A DNA stretch of 53,805 nt from Bdellovibrionales bacterium (GCA_043764415.1 JAYUKO010000162.1:1-53805); one strand, 5' to 3'. Positions 44,046 to 52,515 are shown, numbered from the stretch's first letter. Notes: generated by a model from the letters alone, not told the origin. Numbers and translations are program-made.

Positions 44046-45859
44046 TTTTTTGCCTCTGATTTTATAAGTTTATGCATATTTTTTTTCTTTTCCAAGACAA
44101 AGTTTCCCAAGACTAGCAAATCCAGGTCCGTTTTTAAAAAACATGATATCGCATCATGGGGGGACTCCACAATCGGTTCGTCACGAACATTAAAACTCGT
44201 GTTCACTAGCATTGGCACACCGGTGCGTTGTTCAAACACGTTTAGAAGCTGGTGGAGTAACGGGTTTTGTTCTTTTGTCACTGTCTGAACTCGAGCGGAG
44301 TAGTCCAAATGGGTCACCGCGGGAACCGAGGACCTCACAGCCTTAATTCGTTCTTGAGAAGTGGAAAAATGACCTGAAGGTTCACGATGATGAGTTGGCA
44401 AAAGATCTGCTACAAACAACATATATGGACTCTCCAAGGGACATCCGGAAAACCACTCGTGTATTCTTTCTGCCATAATAATGGGTGCAAACGGACGAAA
44501 GGATTCGCGAAATTTAATTTTTAAATTTAGTTTTTCCTGCATCTTCGGAAAACGGCAGTCCGCAAGAATCGAACGCGATCCTAGAGCTCTTGGACCATAC
44601 TCCGATCGCCCCTGAAACCAACCCACCGCATCTCCGCTGATGAACGCGTCGCAGGTTTTTTCTAAAAGAGAGGTCTCTTCGCAAATTTCATAAACGAGGT
44701 GCATCTCGTCGAGAAATTTTTGAATTTCAACATTACTAAATTCAGTGCCCAAATAAGCGTAGGACATGCTGTCTCTATTTTTAAAGCTGTGTCGAGGCTT
44801 TTGAAAATGCAAGGAATGGGCCGCCAAAGCGGCTCCCAGAGCACTCCCGGCATCTCCCGCCGCCGGCTGAATCCATATCTCTTTAAAAGCTCCATCGCGG
44901 AGGATTTGGCTATTACTCACACAGTTAAGAGCCACACCACCAGAGAGACACAGTGAGGGAATCGAAAATTCTTTATGCAAAGAACGCGTTAAGCAAAGCA
45001 AAAGATGATTGAGCGCAGCCTGTGTGGAGGCGGCAATATCCATGTAAACCGGCTCGATAAAAGATTCTGGAACTCTTGGTGGTACGCCAAAAAGCTCAGA
45101 AAGTTTTTCACTGAACATATTCCGTGTTGAGGCAAAGTCAAAATACTTAAGATTGAGTTCAAAGGAACCGTCATCTTTCATGGAGACAAGATTTTTTAGA
45201 ATCGTATCAAAAAATCTTGGTTGGCCGTAGGGCGCAAGCCCCATAAGTTTGTATTCACCCGAGTTCACTTTGAATCCACAAAAAGTTGTCATCGCAGAAA
45301 AATAGAGGCCAAGGGAGTGTGGAAAATGGATTTCTTTTTGCATTTCGATATGATTATTCCGTCCGATAGAAACCGTCGAAGTCGACCATTCCCCAAGACC
45401 ATCCAAGGTGAGAATCACAGCCTCAGAAAAAGGCGACGGATAGAAAGCACTGGCCGCATGACTCAGGTGATGCTCCGAAAAGAGCAGCTTCTTTTCGTCA
45501 AATCCAGCGTCAATCTTGCGCAAGGCCTTTAGAAGATCATTTCGTAGAAACAAAGTTTTGGTGAAAGATTCTGAAAAGGTTTCAACGAACGAGATAGGTT
45601 TCCAGGGCGCATCGCGGAGAAAGCTTTCGAGCTGACGGTCTAATTTTAAAAGCGGTTTTTCATAAAAGACAATAGCATCGAGCTCTCGCAGTTTTAGTTT
45701 TCTGTGGGCTAGGCCTGCCAAAATGGAGTGACGCGGGAATTGAGAATCATTTTTTAATCTCGAAAAACGCTCTTCCTGCATCGCAAACACCGGTTTGCCA
45801 TTTTGAATGAAGGCGGCAGCACTATCGTGATAGTAACAAGAGACACCAAGTATATTCAT
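44042..45859 (-). CDS. carbamoyltransferase (NodU/CmcH/TobZ family)
   Basis: 'MNILGVSCYYHDSAAAFIQNGKPVFAMQEERFSRLKND', 'LCLSGGVALNC' and 'NTSFNVRDEPIV'. 605 aa is a typical length. Confidence 0.9.
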   Translation of the reverse strand: MNILGVSCYYHDSAAAFIQNGKPVFAMQEERFSRLKNDSQFPRHSILAGLAHRKLKLRELDAIVFYEKPLLKLDRQLESFLRDAPWKPISFVETFSESFTKTLFLRNDLLKALRKIDAGFDEKKLLFSEHHLSHAASAFYPSPFSEAVILTLDGLGEWSTSTVSIGRNNHIEMQKEIHFPHSLGLYFSAMTTFCGFKVNSGEYKLMGLAPYGQPRFFDTILKNLVSMKDDGSFELNLKYFDFASTRNMFSEKLSELFGVPPRVPESFIEPVYMDIAASTQAALNHLLLCLTRSLHKEFSIPSLCLSGGVALNCVSNSQILRDGAFKEIWIQPAAGDAGSALGAALAAHSLHFQKPRHSFKNRDSMSYAYLGTEFSNVEIQKFLDEMHLVYEICEETSLLEKTCDAFISGDAVGWFQGRSEYGPRALGSRSILADCRFPKMQEKLNLKIKFRESFRPFAPIIMAERIHEWFSGCPLESPYMLFVADLLPTHHREPSGHFSTSQERIKAVRSSVPAVTHLDYSARVQTVTKEQNPLLHQLLNVFEQRTGVPMLVNTSFNVRDEPIVESPHDAISCFLKTDLDLLVLGNFVLEKKKNMHKLIKSEAKK

Positions 45860-45865
45860 CTCGCC

Positions 45866-46255
45866 TCAAAACATTCGATCGAAGCGTTGATTATTGCGGC
45901 TCTTATGCCACCCATGGGTCGGAGTTCTCGATCGCACAAGACGTAAACACAAACCCAGGGGCGTAATGATGAAAAAATAAAAAAGAATTAAAAAAACGGG
46001 CTGAATCAACCAAGCTAAGCCAATTCCGACATAAAACCAAACGGTGTTCAAAAAAGACGAGTAGCTTTGGTGGAAAACAGTTGGGATAAACAGTAAGCAA
46101 GTGAGTCGCCACGGGTGAGGAGCAAGGCAAAAGATAACGGTTGATAAAATGGCAGCAAAATAAGAAAAACTTTTCGGCGATGGACGCGGCGAATTTTTGA
46201 GGCGACGAAAATTAAATCGAGTCCACATAGAGTTCTGATCGGGTCGAAGAACCAT
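45866..46255 (-). CDS. SxtJ-like small membrane protein
   Basis: 129 aa with two or three TM helices. 'KSFSYFAAILSTVIF' and 'FIITPLGLCLRLV' resemble the SxtJ-type proteins found beside carbamoyltransferases (recognised from memory). Alternative ATG at 46228. Confidence 0.55.
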   Translation of the reverse strand: MVLRPDQNSMWTRFNFRRLKNSPRPSPKSFSYFAAILSTVIFCLAPHPWRLTCLLFIPTVFHQSYSSFLNTVWFYVGIGLAWLIQPVFLILFYFFIITPLGLCLRLVRSRTPTHGWHKSRNNQRFDRMF

Positions 46256-47630
46256 CTTGGTTTAAAAGCTCACCCATTTCGGGGAAAACTGAAGCGAACG
46301 ACGTCCCCCTTATGGAATCCATACGCGCGATGTACTCACGGAATTGCGGCATTCTGTTGGACCAGTCTTCGGATTCCATAAACTTCAGCATTCCTTCAAG
46401 GCGTTTAATTCCATAATCGCTATTTACGAATTCCTGGTCATTTCGGTAATTTTTCAGGAGCCATGAATAAAATCCTTCGTATTTGCAGCGAATTTTTCGT
46501 TTAAACTCTTTCGGAAAAACTTTTACGTTCAAATGAGCGGGGTGATAGACAAAATGGTAATTAATAAGCCCAGCTCCAAGAGGCCAAGCATTTATTTTTT
46601 TAAAATTTTGTTCAAGTTTCCAGCGGATAAAGTCGGGTAAGTAATACATGTTCAGCATCTGCACAGCGCAAGCGATGGTGACTTCCACATGGTCTGGAGT
46701 TTCATCGAGCAGACGCAAATGTTTTTCGATGGTTTCCCAGTTAGCGGGATAACGAATGTAGGAATTCATTTCGTGGACGCTATCGATACTGAAGTGAAAC
46801 CGGACACGGCGAAATTTTTCCCACAACGTGAACAGTCTTTCGGGAAGTTCAATGCCGTTGCTGTTGTAACGAAGCTCAATATTTTTTGCATAGCCTCTTC
46901 GTACACACTCCTCGAGAAGCTCGTAATGCTCTTCGATGATGGTGCTTTCGCCGCCAGCAAAGTACAATTGTTGCATATGCGGAATTTGCTCGTAGAGCTC
47001 TTCCCAAAAAATGGGATTGTCGCGATGCCAATCGTAACTGGCGCCATCCACGCGACCGCTATTATCCCAAACCATCACTTGCTTCAGCTCAGCATTTTGG
47101 ATCTGTGGGTAAAGCTTTTTCCAATCAGAAACCCATAGCGAACTGTCGTGAGGTGAACACATGATACATTTCAAATTACATTTTGTACCGAGGCGTAAAT
47201 CCACATAATAAATTCGCGCGGGCACAGACCCGTCTTCCGAGGTCTCATCGATCAATTGTTGTAAATCAATGCGCGAACTCCAGTATTCGGTCTCCCAATT
47301 TCTTTTCGAGCGATGGCCTGCAGCCTCCTCTTTAAAACACTTCGTACACGACGCAGGGACTTCACCAGCAAGCATTTTGAGTCGCACATCACGCATGTAT
47401 CCGTTGTTCCAGGCTTCTAAAAGGGGAGTATGGTTCAGGTTGGCGGGTTTTCCGTTATCGTTTTTTAAAATACCCACTTCTCCTCCCCAAATTTTGTCGT
47501 TGGTGGCTCCGGCTGAAGACGCGTTGGCCGTGCAGCACACGCGCATGTGCCCGTTGGGGCGCGTAGAGAGGTGAATCCACGGTAGGGCGCAGTAGGTTTT
47601 ACTGGGGGCAACGAAAGTTCTTTTATCCAT
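46212..47630 (-). CDS. radical SAM protein, N-terminal twitch-like family (paralog 7)
   Basis: 'YCALPWIHLSTRPNGHMRVCC', 'CTKC', 'CNLKCIMC' and 'FAGGESTI'. I prefer ATG at 47630 (14 aa before the first Cys, as in the paralogs) to TTG at 47687. Confidence 0.85.
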   Translation of the reverse strand: MDKRTFVAPSKTYCALPWIHLSTRPNGHMRVCCTANASSAGATNDKIWGGEVGILKNDNGKPANLNHTPLLEAWNNGYMRDVRLKMLAGEVPASCTKCFKEEAAGHRSKRNWETEYWSSRIDLQQLIDETSEDGSVPARIYYVDLRLGTKCNLKCIMCSPHDSSLWVSDWKKLYPQIQNAELKQVMVWDNSGRVDGASYDWHRDNPIFWEELYEQIPHMQQLYFAGGESTIIEEHYELLEECVRRGYAKNIELRYNSNGIELPERLFTLWEKFRRVRFHFSIDSVHEMNSYIRYPANWETIEKHLRLLDETPDHVEVTIACAVQMLNMYYLPDFIRWKLEQNFKKINAWPLGAGLINYHFVYHPAHLNVKVFPKEFKRKIRCKYEGFYSWLLKNYRNDQEFVNSDYGIKRLEGMLKFMESEDWSNRMPQFREYIARMDSIRGTSFASVFPEMGELLNQDGSSTRSELYVDSI

Positions 47631-47748
47631 GCGCAAAGAATATGTCAGAGACGTAAGAACAGGCAAAGGGAGAGACGCACTTAACAAGCTGAGTTAGTTG
47701 ATATCAATGCAACTTCACATCTGTTTAGGAATCGAGTAAAGCCATCCC

Positions 47749-48912
47749 ATGGAAGCGAGCGAGTACAAAACCAAAGTCATCAACCAAGAAGCCATGCATT
47801 TTTGTTTAAATGTGGTGGAATTTTTTGAGGCTTTGCCAGACGACCGAGAGTTTTTTAGAAGAGCTGCTCTTGATGGTCTTACATTTTGCCAATCGCTGCA
47901 AGAGGTTGGGTTTTACATATCAAGTTGTAAGGAATTGGCACTCCTTCATCCAAGCGTTGATAAAGAGCAGTTTTTAAATGTGGCTCACCGAGTTGGATCC
48001 GACACGCGACATTTTTTTGCCTTCTTACTAACAACAAAGCTCTTGGTAGAAAAAAAAGATTTCCAATCATGGGATCAGTTTTTGAGCGCCACAATGGTTG
48101 CTCTGCAGACCGAGGAAACCATGGCCGACTATTTGACAACGGTGCGGCACCTTACAGAGAAATTAAATTTCACACAATGGCCCGATTTTTTTACAATGGT
48201 AAAGCGTCTCAAGGAGCAGTCTTCACGCCAGGAGTCCGACGTCTTTTCTGCCGTGCGCCACGCCATTCAGTACTTCGACGATGCGGAATCGATCAAAGGG
48301 GTATTTCGAATTCTTGCAGAGACGCCGCAGTTTTCTGGAGCTTTTGCCTATGGGCAGCTCGACAGCAAAAAGTGGCTCATCGAGGAAGCGCAAAAAGTGT
48401 GGGGCCCTAGTTGGGGGACCGTTTTCGTTCTTGCGGGCTGGATTGGCGTACTGCCTCGGATGATCTACGACAAAAAAATCACAACCACAAAAATATGCTC
48501 TTTTGACATCGACGAGAGTGCGAATAGAGCCTCTGAATTTCTCAATCAAACAGAAGTGCAAAACGACTGGTCTTTTAAATCCTCCTCGCGAGACATTACG
48601 ACGATGCAGTATCCAACGACGTACCAGGTGCTTCGAAAAGATGGAAGTTCTTGCGAGCTTGTTGCATTGCCAGATGTCGTCATAAATACAAGCTGCGAAC
48701 ACATCCAAGATATCAAATCATGGTGGTGGCAAATTCCCTTCGGCACGAAGGTGATTTTGCAATCGAACGACGGGTTTCACATTCCTGAACATGTCGCTTG
48801 TTTCAAAAGTCTCGAAGACTTTGCGAAGACAATGAAACTGTCTCGAACAGATTACATGGGAGAAAAAGCTTTGCCGGAGTTCAATCGTTTTATGTTGATT
48901 GGTGTAAAGTAG
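47749..48912 (+). CDS. hypothetical protein with C-terminal class I methyltransferase-like Rossmann pattern
   Basis: 387 aa. 'VFVLAGWIGVL', 'ICSFDIDESA' and 'DVVINTSCEHIQD' resemble motifs I/II/IV. The N-terminal ~200 aa are unknown. Confidence 0.4.
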   Translation: MEASEYKTKVINQEAMHFCLNVVEFFEALPDDREFFRRAALDGLTFCQSLQEVGFYISSCKELALLHPSVDKEQFLNVAHRVGSDTRHFFAFLLTTKLLVEKKDFQSWDQFLSATMVALQTEETMADYLTTVRHLTEKLNFTQWPDFFTMVKRLKEQSSRQESDVFSAVRHAIQYFDDAESIKGVFRILAETPQFSGAFAYGQLDSKKWLIEEAQKVWGPSWGTVFVLAGWIGVLPRMIYDKKITTTKICSFDIDESANRASEFLNQTEVQNDWSFKSSSRDITTMQYPTTYQVLRKDGSSCELVALPDVVINTSCEHIQDIKSWWWQIPFGTKVILQSNDGFHIPEHVACFKSLEDFAKTMKLSRTDYMGEKALPEFNRFMLIGVK

Positions 48913-49978
48913 TTTCTTTTCGAGCCTTAAAATCATGGGAACAATAACAACTCTTATGGGGACAAATTACAGGAGTCGTTGGCCACCGCACAGAGTCTAA
49001 GTTTTCTACCTTTTCAAGCTGGTCAACCCGTCGCCACGAACCTAACGGTGGGCTCACTCCGCACATAACAGATCTTTTAATGTCTCCGTTTTGTTCAAGG
49101 TAAAGAGTGTCGATACCAACATAGCAGTTCCAACCTTGCCAATTATTTAAATTATTTGTTGTTAAAAACGAGTTCGACATCATTCCCGATGCCTTTTTCG
49201 TATTTCGTTTAAAGAACTGATTTTTTAATTCTTTGGCTCGTTTCCCTGTCAACAGAGTGAGCCAGGGCAACTTGTTGGCGTGAATTGAATTCGATTTCAT
49301 CCATGCAAGTTGCTCATCAAGATAGGGCCAGTCTTGATTCACTTTTGCATCCGGCGCGGCTTCTTGAGCAAACTTCGACGACGGTAGGAGTGTGAGTTTT
49401 TGTAAGGAAATTGTGTTCGCTTTACTAAATTTTTTAAAATAAGCGTGGGCAGCGACGCAGTCATCCCATTTTTTCGAATACATCAAAAGGAGGAGGCAAA
49501 CCGACACTCCCTTGCGAGAAAGAATGTTTGAAACCTCAGTTAAATGCTTAGGGTCGGCAAATTCTGGGTGATAACTTAAGGTCACATGATGAAAGTATTC
49601 CGCATGTCGTTCCCACCAATCGAGGGTGCGAATGCCGTTGGTGACCAGCATCACTTTATTTTTTGTTTGATGAATGGCATCGATGAGTCCCTCGAAGTCT
49701 TTCCAAAGCGTCACTTCCCCTCCGAGAAGTTCAAAAAAGATGGTCTTTTTTTTGTGCAGAGTTTTAAAGATCCTGTCGATTGTATTTACGGTTTTTACAG
49801 CCTCGCCAAGCGTGGGCCAAGAGAAACTCCCATCGTGGCATTCTTTGGCACAATAAGAGCATTTGTAAGTGCAATGATTGCCTAAGTTCCAATTCACAAA
49901 TAGCAATGGATTTTCAAACGTGGTTTGGTTGGTAAGAGATGGCCCGAATCCATCAAATTTTTCAAAAGCTGTGGACAT
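48890..49978 (-). CDS. radical SAM protein with C-terminal twitch/SPASM-like domain (type B, copy 2)
   Basis: 'CTYKCSYC', 'LLGGEVTL' and 'GWNCYVGIDTLYLEQNGDIKRSVMC...CPHKSCYC'. Paralogous to ORF 40505-41650. Confidence 0.8.
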   Translation of the reverse strand: MSTAFEKFDGFGPSLTNQTTFENPLLFVNWNLGNHCTYKCSYCAKECHDGSFSWPTLGEAVKTVNTIDRIFKTLHKKKTIFFELLGGEVTLWKDFEGLIDAIHQTKNKVMLVTNGIRTLDWWERHAEYFHHVTLSYHPEFADPKHLTEVSNILSRKGVSVCLLLLMYSKKWDDCVAAHAYFKKFSKANTISLQKLTLLPSSKFAQEAAPDAKVNQDWPYLDEQLAWMKSNSIHANKLPWLTLLTGKRAKELKNQFFKRNTKKASGMMSNSFLTTNNLNNWQGWNCYVGIDTLYLEQNGDIKRSVMCGVSPPLGSWRRVDQLEKVENLDSVRWPTTPVICPHKSCYCSHDFKARKETTLHQST

Positions 49979-50031
49979 GCCCTAAATCTATTGTTGTTCT
50001 ACTTTGTCGGCTAGTTTATTCTCGAAGGCAT

Positions 50032-51162
50032 ATGGCACTGGGCGGCAACTCACGATTCTGTTCTCTTCCTTTTGTTCGACGAGTTGTTGCGCCGTCGGGC
50101 ATGCTCCGGCCCTGTTGTGATTTTTCGGCACCGTACAGCTACAGCGACGAGGATTTTAAAAGTTTGCAAGTCGCGTTATTAGCAAATATTCCCCATCCCC
50201 ACTGCAAGGTCTGCTGGGAAAAAGAAGCGGTAGGTGTGGAGTCCCTGCGCTCCGAAAAAAGCTATGATAATTTAAATCGAATTCGAGTTCTCGAGTTGAA
50301 CTTATCAAACCTCTGTAATCTGAAATGTAGAATGTGCGGGTCAGATTCCAGCAGCGCGTGGATTGAGGATGAGATTTTCCTTAGGGAAAAAATCATCGAT
50401 GATCCGTTTCGGCCAAAACAAATTGAAAAGCTTGAGCGGGCTTTTAATACTAAAAAAGATCTTTTTGATTTTTTAAATTCTTTAAATTTGCAGGATCTCG
50501 AACACATTACATTTTTTGGCGGTGAGCCTTTTCTTCAGCCACTCTTTGCTGAGGTGCTGGAGTATTTAATCCATAGTAAAAAAACCAAAATTTCGCTTCG
50601 TGTGACAACAAATGGGACAATTGTTTTAGATAAACATTTGTCCCTACTAAAACAGTTTGAGCGCGTTGATTACCGACTGAGCATAGAGGCTGCGGGGAGT
50701 TTGTATAAATACATCCGGGGCGGAGAAAAGTTTTCCTTAGCAGACATCGAAAAAAATCTCCACAATATCAAGAAGACCACCCACTTTCAGGTCTCTGCAA
50801 ACTGCGCCCTTAGCGCATACAGCGCCTTTGGAATTGCAGATCTTTACATTTGGCTGAACGAAAATCTTGGTGGCGCCGTTGGAAAGCTGCATTGGTATGA
50901 TGTTTTTGACCCCCCGTACTTAGCGCCAAAAGTGCTTCCTTTAGCAATCCGCTCGCGAGCACGAGAGCATAATATTGAGATTCTTAAAAAGAATGGGCTT
51001 TTATCAAAACACCTAGAACAAGAAGTAAGTAGATTACTGCAAATGCAAATACCCACGAGGCCCGATGAAACTGCGCAATTTTTAAAATTTACTCGGGTAC
51101 TGGATGAAAAAAGGAATGAAAACTTTTTTTCGTTCTTACCAAAGGATATCGATTTTATTTAA
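50032..51162 (+). CDS. radical SAM protein, N-terminal twitch-like family (paralog 8)
   Basis: 'FCSLPFVRRVVAPSGMLRPCC', 'CKVC', 'CNLKCRMC' and 'FFGGEPFL'. I prefer ATG at 50032 (GAAGG upstream) to the ORF-track start at 49939, which overlaps the divergent gene. Confidence 0.85.
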   Translation: MALGGNSRFCSLPFVRRVVAPSGMLRPCCDFSAPYSYSDEDFKSLQVALLANIPHPHCKVCWEKEAVGVESLRSEKSYDNLNRIRVLELNLSNLCNLKCRMCGSDSSSAWIEDEIFLREKIIDDPFRPKQIEKLERAFNTKKDLFDFLNSLNLQDLEHITFFGGEPFLQPLFAEVLEYLIHSKKTKISLRVTTNGTIVLDKHLSLLKQFERVDYRLSIEAAGSLYKYIRGGEKFSLADIEKNLHNIKKTTHFQVSANCALSAYSAFGIADLYIWLNENLGGAVGKLHWYDVFDPPYLAPKVLPLAIRSRAREHNIEILKKNGLLSKHLEQEVSRLLQMQIPTRPDETAQFLKFTRVLDEKRNENFFSFLPKDIDFI

Positions 51163-51506
51163 ATTTCAGTATTGTCGGTATCGCCGGCCGCATCGCTGTC
51201 TTGCGAGGGTTTGGAATTTCCACTCAGCTGGAGTTGGGCATTGTCTTTAGAAACATCACTGGTTGCGGGATCGAGCGTTGGTACTCCCGGACCGCCGCTA
51301 TTCAAAGAGGCGGCAATGGCCACAAAATTTGCAACTTGATCGGCAAACGAGGGTGTGGACGCCCCGCCAGCGCGCAGGTTCGGATCGTCAGCAGAATTTA
51401 AACGAGCGAGTGCAACGGATGCCGCAAGAGCGCTCATTGAAACAAAAAGAACATATTTTTTTATCACGAAATTCCCCTGAAAAAATCTTAACATACCTAT
51501 CGACAC
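51159..51506 (-). CDS. hypothetical secreted low-complexity acidic protein
   Basis: 115-aa ORF with a hydrophobic signal-like segment (YVLFVSMSALAASVALA). Ala/Gly/Ser/Asp-rich with an acidic tail. Confidence 0.4.
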   Translation of the reverse strand: MSIGMLRFFQGNFVIKKYVLFVSMSALAASVALARLNSADDPNLRAGGASTPSFADQVANFVAIAASLNSGGPGVPTLDPATSDVSKDNAQLQLSGNSKPSQDSDAAGDTDNTEI

Positions 51507-51594
51507 ATTCTACATGTGATTCAAATTTTTTGTAAAAAAGTCTCGTTTTGAGACATTGCCAATAGTGCCACGATCAATGGCCAGGTGTTTGCCC

Positions 51595-52515
51595 TTATGG
51601 GCAAGGCCGAAAGACACTTCCGTTTAAGTCCAGATTAAAAAAAACAGTGGAAAACTTTAAGGTTTTGGCCCGCGTACAAATCGCAGCCGAATAGGCGCTG
51701 TATTCGGCATTCAAAACAGCTTTGTTTTGTGCAATAAACGGCGAGTAGGCGTCACATTCGTTGTATTTAAAGCATTCCTCAACAACCGCAAAGTCAAAAG
51801 TCGAGACCAAATCTGCGACCAAATCTGTGGCATTCTTAAGGGCAATGGTCATTCCGCGTTTGTGGGATTCATTGGCTAAAAAAGTCAGGAAATTAATTTG
51901 ATCCTGTTTGCTAAGATTAAACCCGCTGTTGTTTGCATAGCCGTCCACGTTGTCGGGTTCCACGCCATCACAGCCTTTACTTTTTGCTAAGTCTAAGCGA
52001 GTGAGCATGATATTTCGCACGGTTTGGTTTCGCACATCCAACCATTTCTCACCGGGCCAACCCAAACCGTTGCCTAAGGTGTTTACGGGGAATTGTTTTT
52101 CGTCGGGACGCCAGTTTTCGTAAGTGCCCGCCGAAAAATAACAGATCACAAGGTGTTGAGCAGTTTTTAACGCACTAAAGGTTGCCGCGGTTTGATCAAA
52201 GAGATCCACGTCGTACACTTTTGCCGTTGGATTTAAATTTAAGGCTCCTTGGAGTTGCCAATACCAACTCGTGCCAGCTGGGATGCTTTTCAGCGAGGCC
52301 GCGGGAGGTGTTACCTGAGGAGGCGTCGCGGTCGGTGGCATCTCGGCGGGTGGTGTGGCGGGAGGGGGGGTGCCTTCTTCAGTTTGGTCATCTGCTGGAA
52401 TCTGAGAGGCTGCGACTTGCGCTCCACTCAAACTTTTTGCACTGCCGCAGTTTTGATAAAGCACACAAGTCACAGTCAAAAACAGCATTAAAAAAATGGA
52501 TCTCAACTTTGTCAT
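51595..52515 (-). CDS. GH114-family endo-alpha-1,4-polygalactosaminidase-like lipoprotein
   Basis: Lipoprotein signal (LFLTVTCVLYQNCGS). 'WYWQLQG', 'VICYFSAGTYENWRPD', 'GCDGVEPDNVDGY' and 'FDFAVVEECFKYNEC' match the GH114 TIM-barrel pattern. Confidence 0.85.
   Translation of the reverse strand: MTKLRSIFLMLFLTVTCVLYQNCGSAKSLSGAQVAASQIPADDQTEEGTPPPATPPAEMPPTATPPQVTPPAASLKSIPAGTSWYWQLQGALNLNPTAKVYDVDLFDQTAATFSALKTAQHLVICYFSAGTYENWRPDEKQFPVNTLGNGLGWPGEKWLDVRNQTVRNIMLTRLDLAKSKGCDGVEPDNVDGYANNSGFNLSKQDQINFLTFLANESHKRGMTIALKNATDLVADLVSTFDFAVVEECFKYNECDAYSPFIAQNKAVLNAEYSAYSAAICTRAKTLKFSTVFFNLDLNGSVFRPCP

Noticed and set aside
47629-47697. Candidate RiPP precursor or small ORFs in island intergenic regions, for example the 22-aa MRKEYVRDVRTGKGRDALNKLS in the 47631-47748 divergent region.
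   Set aside because: It is very basic and has no Cys/Ser/Thr-rich core. It overlaps the start codon of the divergent radical-SAM gene and has no RBS. Other intergenic gaps (38-94 nt) are too short. The only convincing unlisted small ORF is the SxtK-like gene at 43896-44045.
19706-51162. Saxitoxin-like (sxt) or aminoglycoside/aminocyclitol biosynthetic cluster.
   Set aside because: Amidinotransferase, carbamoyltransferase, SxtJ/K-like genes and twitch-type radical SAMs are reminiscent of both. However, there is no SxtA-type PKS-like starter enzyme, no inositol or 2-deoxy-scyllo-inosose synthase, no glycosyltransferase and no resistance or export gene. Only the generic idea of guanidino/carbamoyl chemistry is retained.
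51535-51560. Hairpin GTCTC-GTTTT-GAGAC with an adjacent T-run downstream of the GH114 gene, as a possible terminator.
   Set aside because: The stem is only 5 bp, so its stability is probably too low to call. It also sits in the promoter region of the next minus-strand gene.
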